Shown here piece after piece: positions 25,573 through 38,930 of a stretch of DNA of 64,000 nt. Made by a program: the position numbers and the translations under genes. How positions within the stretch are numbered: position 1 is the stretch's first letter; each line of letters begins with the position of its first letter. Source of the stretch: Eledone cirrhosa (Eukaryota); NCBI GenBank assembly GCA_964016885.1, contig OZ024759.1, positions 19,654,001-19,718,000 on the forward strand, given 5' to 3'. The notes below the pieces were generated by a model. That model saw nothing but the letters and a program-made list of their open reading frames with translations. It was not told the origin of the DNA and ran no database searches.

Positions 25573-26309
25573 ACACCAGCTCTAGTAATGCTAACATTTA
25601 ATTCTTACACTACTAATTTTAAAAGTCTCCAATAAATGAAAGATATTGTTAATCATTTTGTTTGTATATTTCTAACAGAAAATAAACTGGCTTTGTGTTT
25701 TAATTATCAAAGTAATTAATAATAATGAGAATTTTTTGGGAAATAACTAACTTTCAACTCAACAATAAAAGAAGACAAATATTTAATTATGGAAATCTAA
25801 TAATACCTTTCTTGTGATATTAATGGTTTCTAACATTTGAAGAATGGCAACACATTTTTTTTTTCAGGGGATAGGAAAATTGATTAAATTGACCCCTGTA
25901 CCTGATTGGTGCTATATTTTATTGACCCCAGAAAGATGACAGAGAATATTGACCTCAACAGGACATCGACTATATAAAGAGATTTCAGACCAAGATTTAA
26001 ATTTAAATTTGAATACTTTAATAGAAGTGGGCTGGTTGGTTTTTAAAGAGTTAATTTATATTCATGTATGTATTATGTTAGGTCGCTCTCGAGTGCTACT
26101 GGTAACATGTAACACAGTACAACCTGTCTCATGGTCGGGTTGTCGGTGACTAAACTGGCAACTCCACCAAACTAGCTTGGTGAGGAAGGTGATATTTGGA
26201 CGCCCTGCTGGATGAAATACAAGACCCATCAAAGGGCGGAGGAACTCAGCTTGGCACCAGTGACATGATAATATACACTATACATACTCTGTCTATATAT
26301 ATATATATA

Positions 26310-26790
26310 TATATCATCATCATCATCATCATCATCATACGTCCACTTTTCCCTGCTTGCAAGGGTGGGACGGGTCTTATTCAGCACAGCATCTCTCCAC
26401 TCGTCACGGTCCCTCGTCATCTCCACCGTGAGCTTCAATGATCTGAGGTCTGTTCTCACCACCTCCGCCCATGTTTTTCGTGGTCTACCTCTACCACGTC
26501 TTCCTTCAACTGGCATTTCCTGGCACTTCTTCACCCATCGGTCATCCTCCATGCGCATCACATGTCCATACCACCTCAGTCTCCTCTCCCGTACACTACA
26601 TTCTATCCCTCTCAGACACAGTTTCTCTCTCAACACATTTAAGCTGGGTCGTTCATGCACATTTACACTTCACATCCAACGGAGCATGTTTGCCTCATTT
26701 CTCTCCAGCCGTCGCATGTCCTCTGCAGTTACTGCCCATGTCTCACTATCATGCAGCATCGCGCTCCTCACACAGGCATCATACAGTCAT
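26310..26790 (-). mobile_element. RTE LINE 3' fragment with (GAT)n tail
   Basis: ORF 26229..26660 contains [23 protein letters not shown]...GRGRPRKTW. Confidence 0.85.
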
Positions 26791-27056
26791 ATATATATAT
26801 ATATATATATGAATGAAATATGGCGTGCTGCGTTGTTCCGAATATGAACATATGAATAAAAATAGACCGAGAAACAAGAAAGTCCATCATCAGTAGTCTG
26901 CTGATTATCATTGGTATTTCTTTGCATTAAAGACTAAGTCTCGGTCTATTTTTATTCATATATATGTATGTAAAAGGTAAACAGAAATAACAACACAATC
27001 AGTACAGTATATGGAAGAGATATATTAGGTTAACGCTTGATATAGAAGGAAGAGGG

Positions 27057-27092
27057 TCTTAACGTTTCGGACGCTAGTCCTTCATCAGAAGA
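27057..27092 (-). ncRNA. Minimal type I hammerhead motif (family also at 19070-19105 and ~31058-31195)
   Basis: Minus strand UCUU-CUGAUGA-A-GGAC-UAGC-GUCC-GAAA-CG-UU-AAGA; palindromic ACGU stem III; extra A after the core. Confidence 0.55.
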
Positions 27093-27256
27093 AAGAATGT
27101 GAAATAAAATAGATTGAAGGGACGGGCGGGGTTGGAATTGGAAAAAAATGTCTTTAGATAAAAATAACAGGCCCATTCATGTTGACATCTCATATACACT
27201 ATATATAATGTGGTCCAAGGAAAAGGTAATGGCAGATACAGCTTGGCAGCAGCGAC

Positions 27257-27289
<33 letters not shown>

Positions 27290-27292
<3 letters not shown>

Positions 27293-27694
27293 CATCATCA
27301 TCATCATCATCATCACCGTTTTACGTCCGTTCTTCCATGCTAGCATAGGTTAGATGGGTTGTCCTGTTGTGGGCAGTGTCCAGTCGGCTGACCTTGTCTT
27401 GCTCATACGGAAACTGATTCTGGCTTGATTTCTACAGCTGGATGCCCTTCCTAACACCGACCTCATTTACAGTGAGTGCTGGGTGCTTTTTTGCCGTGGC
27501 ACCTCCACAACCACTTTGCAGTGGAATGATAGGGACCCCAGGCCCTATTATCTCATTTCTGCAGCTGAGTAAACTGGAACAATGTGAAAATAAAGTGTCT
27601 TACTCAAGGAAACAACACATCACCCGGTCTGAGAATTGAACTCAAAACCTTTCGATTGCAAGCCCAATGCTCTAACCACTAAGCCATGTGCCTT
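27290..27694 (-). mobile_element. CORE-like tRNA SINE with RTE-type tail
   Basis: Same family as 22020. Confidence 0.85.
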
Positions 27695-27966
27695 CATATA
27701 TGTGTATATATATCATATATACACTATGCGCCTTCATATATGTGTATATATATATCATATATACACTATGTACAGTATATATATGTATATATATATCATA
27801 TATACACTATGTACAGTATATATATGTATATATATATATATATATATCATATGTACCCTATGTACAGTATAGATATGTATATATCTATCATATATATACA
27901 CTATGTACAGTATATATATGTATATATATATCATATATACACTATGTACAGTATATAAATACTATA

Positions 27967-28183
27967 CAAGGGGTTGCTGAAAAGTTCCTGGGTTTGGGTA
28001 AAAGTAAATACAAGAAGATCAGTTAATATGATTTTATTCAACATATCTACTTCTCAGATTCACTCACTTATTGCAGTGGACCTTCAGGTTTTGCTCAGCC
28101 CTATAAAAAGACCTCAGCATGTTGGGCCTCCAACCAGGCCTCTGTAGTAACAATCAAGCCAAGAACTTTTCAGCATCCTCTCG
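27967..28183. mobile_element. Mariner-like MITE
   Basis: TIRs CAAGGGGTTGCTGAAAAGTTC / GAACTTTTCAGCATCCTCTCG flanked by TA. Confidence 0.7.
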
Positions 28184-28309
28184 TATATGCTACATATATC
28201 ATTATATATGGTGTTATCCAAGAGAAAGGTAAAGGTTGATACAGCTTGGCACCAGTGACGTCACAACTAGGGTTGGGGTTGGGGTTAGGGTTAGGGTTTT
28301 TTTCCAGCT

Positions 28310-29230
28310 GAGTGAACTGAAGCAACACATTGCCTAATGCAAGAATCAAGCTCACAGCCTCACAATTGTGAACCAAACTATTTAACCACTAAGCCACGAA
28401 GCTTCACATATTTATGGAGCAATGTGTAATAAAGTGACTTGCTGAAGGAGACAAAATGAAGCTCACAGCCTCACGATTGTGAACTCAACTCTCTAACCAC
28501 TAAGCTGCATGACTTCACATATTTATGAAGCAAAGTGAAATAAAGTTTCTTGCTGAAGGAGACAACACATTGCTCAATCCAAAATGAAGCTCACAGCCTC
28601 ATGATTGTGAACCAAACTCTTTAACCACTAAGCCACGAAGCTTCACATATTTATGGAGCAATGTGTAATAAAGTGACTTGCTGAAGGAGACAAAATGAAG
28701 CTCACAGCCTCACGATTGTGAACTCAACTCTCTAACCACTAAGCTGCATGACTTCACATATTTATGGAGCAAAGTGAAATAAAGTTTCTTGCTGAAGGAG
28801 ACAACACATTGCTCAATCCAAAATGAAGCTCACAGCCTCATGATTGTGAACCAAACTCTTTAACCACTAAGCCATGAAGCTTCACATATTTATGGAGCAA
28901 TGTGTAATAAAGTGACTTGCTGAAGGAGACAAAATGAAGCTCACAGCCTCACGATTGTGAACTCAACTCTCTAACCACTAAGCTGCATGACTTCACATAT
29001 TTATGGAGCAAAGTGAAATAAAGTTTCTTGCTGAAGGAGACAACACATTGCTCAATCCAAAATGAAGCTCACAGCCTCATGATTGTGAACCAAACTCTTT
29101 AACCACTAAGCCACGAAGCTTCACATATTTATGGAGCAATGGGAAATAAAGAGTCTTGCTGAAGGAGACACAACACATTGCCCGATCGAAGATTCACACT
29201 CACATCCTCACAATTGTGAACTCAACACTC
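28310..29230 (-). repeat. SINE-head-derived satellite, 239-bp higher-order repeat (111+128 bp)
   Basis: AACCACTAAG at 28384, 28495, 28623, 28734, 28862, 28973 and 29101. Confidence 0.85.
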
Positions 29231-29382
29231 TACCCTATGGGTGTCCGACATATTCCAGTGGTGGGCTACTTTTGAACATTGGAACAACTATTAGGGCTAT
29301 TCATATTTATTAAGCACTATTCCAAAGATTCACCACAACTTCTTTCCATAATATGGAACTGGGAAATTATAACACACATAAC

Positions 29383-29722
29383 GGAGGCACATGGCTTAGT
29401 GGTTAGAGCATTGGCCTTGCAATCGAAAGGTTGTGAGTTCAATTCTCAGACCGGGTGATGTGTTGTTTCCTTGAGCAAGACACTTTATTTCACATTGCTC
29501 CAGTTTACTCAGCTGTAGAAATGAGATGATAGGAACTGGGGTCCCTATCATTCCACTGCAAAGTGATTGTGGAGGTGCCACGGCAAAAAGGCACCCAGCA
29601 CTCACTGTAAATTGAGGTTGGTGTTAGGAAGGGCATCCAGCTGTAGAAATCAAGCCAGAATCAGTTCCCGTCTCACCCTTGCAAGCAGGGAAAAGTGGAC
29701 GTAAAATGATGATGATGATGAT
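29383..29722 (+). mobile_element. CORE-like tRNA SINE with RTE-type tail
   Basis: A-box TGGCTTAGTGG, B-box GAGTTCAATTCT, CORE-like domain, (GAT)n. Confidence 0.85.
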
Positions 29723-29896
29723 AAGCCTATCAGTGAATCCCTTCAGTATAGGTCAACTAACAGAAAATTTTATTACGGATTCGAAAAAAATTCTAAATAA
29801 GCCTACAAAGTAAAAGTTAAAAACAGTCATCACAGGCCGCTCTGACTGGTCTGGCGGGCAGATTGTGGCCTGAGGGCCACCTGTTGCACACCCCTG

Positions 29897-30520
29897 TTCT
29901 AACCACTAAGCCACGAAGCTTCACATATTTATGGAGTATTGTGAAATAAAGTTTCTTGCTGAAGGAGACAAAATGAAGCTCACAGCCTCACGATTGCTAA
30001 CCCAACTCTTTAACCACTAAGCCACGAAGCTTCACATATTTATGGAGTATTGTGAAATAAAGTTTCTTGCTGAAGGAGACAAAATGAAGCTCACAGCCTC
30101 ACGATTGCTAACCCAACTCTTTAACCACTAAGCCACGAAGCTTCACATATTTATGGAGTATTGTGAAATAAAGTTTCTTGCTGAAGGAGACAAAATGAAG
30201 CTCACAGCCTCACGATTGCTAACCCAACTCTTTAACCACTAAGCCACGAAGCTTCACATATTTATGGAACATTGTGAAATAAAGTTTCTTGCTGAAGGAG
30301 ACAACACATTGCCTGATCCTAGACACAAGCTCACAGCCTCACGATTGCTAACCCAACTCTTTAACCACTAAGCCACGAAGCTTCACATATTTATGGAGTC
30401 TTGTGAAATAAAGTTTCTTGCTGAAGGAAAAAACACATTGCCCGATCCTAGAATCAAGCTCACAGCCTCACGATTGCTAACCCAACTCTTTAACCCTAAG
30501 CCACGAAGCTTCACATAATT
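29897..30520 (-). repeat. SINE-head-derived satellite, 111/128-bp units
   Basis: AACCACTAAGCCACGAAGCTTCACATATTTATGGA at 111-bp spacing, then longer units. Confidence 0.85.
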
Positions 30521-30638
30521 ATTTATGTATGTTGATATAATTATTGTTGTATTTTAGTTTCCATATGACTAATTTCTTGCTTGTTTTTATTTTGCCTTTC
30601 TATTTTCCTATCATCTTGCAGTTCTGCCAGTTGACAAC

Positions 30639-30660
30639 ATGTTGAAGAAGAATGTGCAAG
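30639..30660 (+). CDS. Candidate first coding exon (MLKKNVQ) of an uncharacterised gene; exon begins at 30622
   Basis: Long pyrimidine tract ending CTTGCAG at 30621, ACAACATG start context, donor AAG|GTAC, frame-compatible with the next exon. Confidence 0.5.
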
Positions 30661-30859
30661 GTACTTAATATTACAACTAAATTACAAAAATAATAATAAA
30701 ATAAAATAAAAATATAAAAAATAAATATAAATATAAAAAAAACTCTAAACACATATAATACTCAAATAAAAAAACAAAAAACTTTTAATTAATAATATTT
30801 CATTAAAAAAAAATCATAAAAATATAAATATATATATTTCGACATTTTATTTTCAATAG

Positions 30860-30938
30860 ATTCTGTGGTTAATGACAGGCAACACTCAAGCAATCATGCA
30901 AACAAGGAAGAAAACGTGACTTTACTCTGCTACACAAG
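30860..30938 (+). CDS. Candidate internal exon (DSVVNDRQHSSNHANKEENVTLLCYT)
   Basis: TTTTATTTTCAATAG acceptor, open in the phase left by the previous exon, AAG|GT donor. Confidence 0.5.
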
Positions 30939-31378
30939 GTTTTGTTCATTGTATATGTTGTGTAGTAAAGATTGTAAATGCAGACAAAAAGTAAATGGAA
31001 ACAAAGCAATCAATACAGTACAATGAAGAAATATATTAGTTTAATGCTTGTAAGGAGTATTAACGTTTCGGACACTAGTCCTTCATCAGAAATAACAAAG
31101 CAAACAGCACAGTAAATTGAAGAAATATATTAATTTAATGCTTGATATAGGAGGAAAAGAGTTTTAACATTTCGGACACCAGTTCTTCATCAGAAAATAG
31201 ATTGAGAACAAAAAGGGACATATTAGATATGCCATCTTAGATAAAAATGAGATGGATATGGCTGGAAGGTTATTGATCATAGGTCTGTTCCACTAGGGTT
31301 GACCGTGGGTTAAATAATAACAACAACAACAACAAAAAAATTAAAAGATTTTACATTTATCTACAAAATGGCTGAAAG

Positions 31379-32065
31379 TCCAAGAATTTCAGAAGTGTTC
31401 TTGGGGTCAAAACAAGACAATGTCAAATCAATGAGTAATATTTTGAAATTTGGACAAGATGTCTTCCAAGAATTTTGCTCTGAACCAGTTTCTTTTGATA
31501 CAAAACACCTCAAAGAGTTCCTCCATGATACACAAATGTCGAAGAGAAATTGTTCTGACAATTTTTATTCTGCCAAAAAGATACCGAATCACTTGAAAAA
31601 GACCCATTATTTTAAGCATGTCCATTCCTGCTACCCGAAACATTGGATAAAAACAAATGATAACAAAACAGAATCATTGCGAACATTCGATTCTTCATCA
31701 TCATTATCATCATTGTCATTGACTCCATCTTCGGATCTTTCTAGTTCTTTGGTTGTTTCTAGTTCCAATCCTACTTTTCCTCTGTCTTCCCGTCAAAATA
31801 TTTGCAAGGGAGAAATCGTGTCTTGGAAATCCAAAGGAAAGCTGAAACCTTGGAGAATTGACAAGGAAAATAAAAGCAAGGAATCGGTAACACTCCCTGT
31901 TGTTTGTGAAGATGTGAGGTTTCCAAAGACTCCAAAGACTTGGAGACCTCTCAATGTGATGGATGAGGTTGATCATTGTAAAATGGTCGGTTCCATGGAT
32001 GAGGAATTTCTAGAGGAGGGAAAGGAAAAGTCACAGAAACCGAAATGGAACAAAAAATATTGCAG
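31379..32065 (+). CDS. Large internal exon of an uncharacterised protein (SPRISEVFLGSK...KPKWNKKYC)
   Basis: 233-aa non-repetitive ORF ending at donor CAG|GTAAAA; the 5' boundary is uncertain (weak acceptor, or ATG at 31368). Confidence 0.65.
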
Positions 32066-32102
32066 GTAAAATATTCTCTTTATCTTCCCCCTCTCCCTCT
32101 CT

Positions 32103-32138
<36 letters not shown>

Positions 32139-32987
32139 GTCACTGGCCCCCCCCCTCTCTCGGCCTGTCACTCCCCCTTCTCTGTCACTCGCCCCTCTCC
32201 CTCTCTGCCATCTTACCCCTCTCTCACTTTCAGTCTTTCTCCCCTCTCTCACTTTCAGTCTTTCTCCCCCTCTCTCACTTTCAGTCTTTCTCCCCTCTCT
32301 CACTTTCAGTCTTTCTCCCCTCTCTCTCTTTCAGTCTCTCTCCCCCCTCTCCCTTTCTACCCCCCCCCCATCTCTATTTATCTCTCCCTTCCTCACTCTC
32401 TCTTCCTGTTTCTCTCCCCCTTTATCTCTCTCTCTCTTTCTCTCACACCTCTCTCACTGTCTCATTCTCTGTTTGTTTCACTTTCACACTCTCCCCTTCT
32501 CTCCCTCTGATTGTCTCAGCCTTTCTCTGTCCCTCCCTCTCTCTCTCCTCATGTATCTCTTTCTCTCTCCTCCTCTATTCCACTCATGTTTTGCTTGATA
32601 ATTCTGTAAATTATAGCAAACACACACAAATACACACAAATATACATACAAATATACATACATGCATATATATCATCATTTTACGACTGTCCATGTGTGT
32701 ATGTGTATATATATACATACATGTAATTGCTATATTTAGACCTATCTTAAATGATGTATATATATATCTGCATCTTTTTCTCCCTCTCTGTATACATACA
32801 TATGTAGGTGTATATATTTGTGTGTGTGTGTGTGTGTATATATATACACATGCATAATCTACTTATCTATCGCTTTGTACAAACTTACACATATAAGTAG
32901 GTGAATAAATACATTTATATATATATGTATGTATATATACATATACATATATATATATATATATGTGTGTGTGTGTATGTATGTATG

Positions 32988-33058
<71 letters not shown>

Positions 33059-33119
33059 TTATATCTACAAATGTATGTATACAGAGAAAAAGATACATAC
33101 ATATATACATATATATATG

Positions 33120-33170
<51 letters not shown>

Positions 33171-33223
33171 ATATATTTATCTACAAATGTATGTATACAG
33201 AGAAAAAGATACATATATATATG

Positions 33224-33308
<85 letters not shown>

Positions 33309-33363
33309 ATATATCTATCTATAAATGTATGTATACAGAGAAAAAGATACATATATACATATA

Positions 33364-33408
<45 letters not shown>

Positions 33409-33696
33409 ACACTTCCAAAAGCCAGTTCTATATAACAATAGCTATTGTAAAATCTACATTGTGTATATATGTAAGAGTTGAGGTAGTTTTAACATTTTAA
33501 TGGCACCTCACATTGATGGTGTTGGTGGTGGTGGTGGGGGGGGGGGTAAAGTAGTTGTAATTGTTCAACTTCACCCCTCCACCCCTCTACCTTCTCGCCC
33601 CACCACACCTCACCACATCCCTCACCCCACCCCTAGCCCCTCCCTCCCTCCTCCCTCCTCTCCTCTACATAATGTCTTCTCTGTTACACTTGACTG

Positions 33697-34566
33697 ATCA
33701 TTTAACTGTGTCCCTAGCATCATCATAATCATCATCATCATCATCATCATCACCACTATCTCCACCATCATCATTATCATCATCATCACCATCACCATCA
33801 TCACCATCACCATCTTCAACATCATCATCTTCATCATCATCACCATCATCATTATCATTATCACCACCATCGTCATCACCATCACCATTATCATCACCAT
33901 CACCACCATCGTCATCATTATCCTCATCACCACCACCACCACCACCAACACCATCAACATCACCACCACCACCACCATCAACACCATCACCACCACCACC
34001 ATCAACACCATCACCACCGCCATCAACACCATCACCACCACCACCATCACCACTACCACTACCACCATCAACACCATCATCATCACCACCAACACCACCA
34101 CTACCACCACCATCACCATCACCACCATCATCATCATCACCATCACCACCACCACCATCACCACCACCACCAACACCACCAACACCACCACCACCAGCAT
34201 CACCACCACCAACACCACCAACACCAACACCACCACCACCACCATCAACACCACCACCATCACCATCACCATCACCACCACCACTACCACCATCAACACC
34301 ATTACCACCACTACCACCAACACCACCACCACCAACACCACCACCACCACCACCACCATCACCATCACCATCACCACCACCACTACCACCATCAACACCA
34401 TTACCACCACTACCACCAACACCACCACCACCAACACCACCACCACCACCACCACCATCACCATCACCATCACCACCACCACTACCACCATCAACACCAT
34501 TACCACCACTACCACCACCACCACCACCACCACCACCAACACCACCACCACCACCACCACCACCAT
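33697..34566. repeat. (CAT/CAC/CAA)n trinucleotide field
   Basis: Direct inspection. Confidence 0.9.
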
Positions 34567-34848
34567 TCTTGCATGAATGATTTAGATTTAATTTGAACAA
34601 ATTTACATTTAAGTCAATGTTGAAAATGTTTGGTGGGGCTGAGGTGGGGGTGAGGTGGGGGATGGGGGTAACACTCGTGTGGGTGGAGGGTGGAGGTGGG
34701 GTGGGGGTGGGTTGAGGTGATAGAGTAAACAATAGGAGGAACAGAGGGAGGAGGGAGAGGAGGGGGATAGTAAAAAGGGAGATATATTGACAGACAATAC
34801 AATAGTGACAGACAGACATACATTGACAGACATATACATACTTTTATA

Positions 34849-34898
<50 letters not shown>

Positions 34899-34966
34899 AT
34901 CATATATCTACACACACACACACACATACGTGTGTGTGTGTGTGTAGATATGTCTGTGTCTACATA

Positions 34967-35013
<47 letters not shown>

Positions 35014-35320
35014 GCGTATATATATGTGTGTGTATATATATATATGTTTGTGTGTATATATATGTGTGTGTATATATATATATATGTTTGTGTGTATATA
35101 CATGTGTATATATTTGTCTATATATGTTTGTGTGATATGTATATATATATATATGTGTACATCTATATATATGTGTGTGTGTCCAAACCAAGCAAGCGTG
35201 GCACAGTGAACATAAAATGATATATATACATATATATATATATATGTATATGTATGTATGTAAAAGTACATATGAGGGACATTATAGCAGTGACATATAT
35301 ATGTGTATATATACATATAC

Positions 35321-35436
<116 letters not shown>

Positions 35437-35610
35437 CTATATGTATACACACGCTCACTTACAAAATATTTGGTTCTTAAATATGTGCATAAACACCGGG
35501 AAGAGGGACAGCCAAACACACACACACTCACACACACTTACTCATACACACACACACTCACACACATACACACACATGTATATATAGGTATATGTATATA
35601 TACATATATA

Positions 35611-35647
<37 letters not shown>

Positions 35648-35759
35648 ATGATACCTACATATATATATATACCTATATATATATATCTCTATATATAATA
35701 AAGATATATATATATATACACCTATATATATCATCATCATCATCATCATTTTACATTGC

Positions 35760-36045
35760 TCTTGCCTGCACAGCATCTCCCACATCTTCCTTCAACTGGC
35801 ATTTCCTGGCACTTCTTCACCCATCGGTCATCCTCCTTGTGCATCACATGTCCATATCACCTCAGTCTCCTCTCTCGCACACTACATTCTATCCCTCTCA
35901 GACACAGTTTCTCTCTCAACACATTCATTCTGGGTCGTTCACGCACATTGACACTGCACATCCAACGGAGCATGCTTGCCTCATTTCTCTCCAGCCGTCG
36001 CATATCCTCTGCAGTTGCTGCCCATGTCTCACTACCATGCAGTAT
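35760..36045 (-). mobile_element. RTE LINE 3' fragment
   Basis: [30 protein letters not shown]...RERRLR. Confidence 0.85.
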
Positions 36046-36087
36046 TGCATATATATATTTGGAGGCACATGGCATATATATATATAT

Positions 36088-36420
36088 GGAGGCACATGGC
36101 TTAGTGGTTAGAGTATTGGCCTTGCAATCGAAAGGTTGTGAGTTCAATTCTCAGACCGGGTGATGTGTTGTTTCCTTGAGCAAGACACTTTATTTCATAT
36201 TGCTCCAGTTTACTCAGCTGTAGAAATGAGATGATAGGGACTGGTGTCCCTATCATTCCACTGCAAAGTGGTCGTGGAGGTGCCACGTCAAAAAAACACC
36301 CAGCACTCACTGTAAATGAGGTTGGTGTTAGGAAGGGCATCCAGCTGTAGAAATCAAGCCGGAATCAGTTCCCTTGCAAGCAGGGAAAAAGCGGATGTAA
36401 AATGAATGAATGAATGAATG
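36088..36420 (+). mobile_element. CORE-like tRNA SINE
   Basis: Same family as 29383. Confidence 0.85.
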
Positions 36421-36459
36421 TAGGTATATATATATAATATATATACTATCTATTTCCAG

Positions 36460-36548
36460 TTTATTGGCACCAATATTCCTTAAGGAACAATTCCAACAAG
36501 TCAAAACAGATGACAGTCTCAGAACTGTAGAATTTCCTCAAATTGAAG
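36460..36548 (+). CDS. Candidate internal exon (LLAPIFLKEQFQQVKTDDSLRTVEFPQIE)
   Basis: TATTTCCAG acceptor, phase matches the 32065 donor, stop-free, AAG|GTAAAA donor. Confidence 0.6.
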
Positions 36549-37590
36549 GTAAAAAATTTTAGAAAAATCTCTAGAATATATAAAAACATTAAATGTAGAG
36601 AACTTCTCTCTCTCTCTCTCTTCTCACCCTCTCTCTCTCACTCACTCTCACTCACTCTCACTCACTCTCTCTCTCTCTCACTCTCTCTCTCTCTCTCTCT
36701 ATCATTCTCCTCTCTCTCTCTTGCTATCCTCTCTCTCACTTGCTCTCCTCTCACCCTCTCTCTCTCTCTCTCTCATTCTCTCTCTCTCTCTCATTCTCTC
36801 TCTCATTCTCTCTCTCTCATTCTCTCTCTCACTCTCCTCTCTTTCTCTTGCTCTCCTCTCACCCTCTCTCATTCTCTCTCTCACTCTCTTCTCACTCTCT
36901 CTCTTGCTCTCCTCTTACCTTCTCTCTTGCTCTCCACTCATCCTCTCTCTTGCTCTCTTCTCACCCTCTCTCTTGCTCTCTTCTCACCCTCTCTCTTGCT
37001 CTCTTCTCACCCTCTCTCTTGCTCTCTTCTCACTCTCTCACTCTCTCTCTTGCTCTCTTCTCACCCTCTCACTCTCTCTCTTGCTCTCCTCTCACCTTGT
37101 CTCTTGCTCTCCTCTCACCCTCTCTCTCTGTTTCTCTCTCTCCTATCCCAATCTCTCCTCTCCCACTGTCTCTCTATCTCTATCTCTCCCTTGTTCTTCC
37201 CTTTATCTCCCTTTTTATCTCTCCTCTGTCTCTCCATCCTCCCCTTTCTTATTATTTCAACCTTTCTCATTATCACCCTGTCAATGTATGTGCGTATATA
37301 TCATCATCATCATTTGACTAAATAAAATTAGTAATGGCAACACATTGGTCTAGCAAACCAAAGATGTGGGTTTGTGTCTCATGTACGTCTATACTCATCC
37401 CTTTGTTCCATTCAGAGAGTTTTTTTTTTAAAAATCCCAACTAACAGACTACTTTTATTTAGTCAAATACGGCATAAGCACATGGTACTCCCTAATTTTC
37501 AAATTTTCTAGCTGTTTGTAAACAAAGCCTGCTTTGTGTCTCCCCATTTATGTACATATATATTTAACAAATGGTATAAGTAGTGGTTAT

Positions 37591-38202
37591 TGTTAGATGG
37601 GATTAACATGGTTATTAGATGAAATAACAAGAATATCGATTTACTTCATATATAAAGGTTTACTTCACTTCAGTCAAAAAGAAGAAGAATCAAGTTACCA
37701 CGAGGTTGCGAAGGTTGACAATGTTATTTTGTGGTTGATGTGAAAACAGCTAGCGACCAGATAAAGTTTGTTGGTGGATGCAGTCCGTGGTAGTAGTTCT
37801 CGTCGTGAGTTTGGTTTAGTCTGCAACCAGGAGAGAGAGAGGGTAATGGTCTGCAGACCTCTGAATGGTCTGTAGTTGACTGTAGACCACTGTAGCCTGT
37901 AGATAATGGTGAATCTTTCACATAGCTTGTAATAGCGTACTGCTCTGACCACTCTGTATGTCTGTAGACCTCTGGGGCCTGAAAGTAGCGGTGAATCTTT
38001 CACATGGCTGGTCTGTATCATGGTGCTCCGATCTCTCTGTCTCTAAGATGGGAAAATACAGGCTTTATATACCTGTCGCTCTCTGTCTCCCACCTTGAGG
38101 GGATAGCCCACGCATGAACCTGTTCACACCACAAGGGTGGTGACCTAGAGTTTGACCTTTAGGTGTCACCCAAGGTTCAAGGCGTGGACAGATTTTGCTA
38201 CA
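37591..38202 (-). mobile_element. Possible solo LTR
   Basis: Minus strand starts TGTAGC and ends TAACA; internal TATAAAG; higher GC with internal direct repeats; no clear TSD. Confidence 0.35.
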
Positions 38203-38512
38203 CACACACATATATATATATGTATATATATATATATAGTAACATAATGTGTTACTACTCCTACCAAACTCGTACCATGGACTGAGTGCTCTACCACTAC
38301 GGATATTACCTTCCAGTGTTCTACCTCTATATTTTTGGCTCCGGTGGCTGATGGCTTCATGACCACTGTTTTCATTTTTCTGGCCTTTATAACGTATGTT
38401 AATTGCTCTGGTCTTCTTTTAGTCCATTGAGCGATTGCCGCATATCTCGAGGATTGCGTTTCGTTTTGTTTTTAGCCCCCGCCGAAATACGATCTCGCTG
38501 AAATTATATTTG

Positions 38513-38574
<62 letters not shown>

Positions 38575-38575
<1 letters not shown>

Positions 38576-38750
38576 GGTAGAGGTAGACCACGAAAAACAT
38601 GGGCGGAGGTGGTGAGAGCAGACCTCAGATCGCTGAAACTCACGGAGGAGATGACGAAGGACCGTGACAAGTGGAGAGATGCTGTGCTGAATAGGACCCG
38701 TCCAACCCTTGCAAGCAGGGAAAAGCGGACGTAAAATGATGATGATGATG

Positions 38751-38788
<38 letters not shown>

Positions 38789-38930
38789 CCAGCCGTAGAA
38801 AACCTGCCAGATAGTCCTATATGATCGAGACACAGTCACCCGACCAACCTTGCCTCAAGTGGGACAACGCCTGGCTAACCCATGCTAGCGTGGAAGATGG
38901 ACGTTAAACGAAGATGATGATGATGATATA
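38575..38930 (+). mobile_element. RTE LINE extreme 3' end plus RTE-type SINE tail
   Basis: GRGRPRKTWAEVVRADL...WRDAV followed by (GAT)n; second tail ending at ~38927. Confidence 0.8.

Noticed and set aside
28268-28298. TTAGGG/TTGGGG run as a telomere or telomere-associated element
   Set aside because: Only about 5 imperfect units embedded in SINE debris.
33622-34819. Gly/Asp-rich 373-aa and Val/Met-rich 314-aa ORFs
   Set aside because: Trinucleotide repeat field open in several frames.
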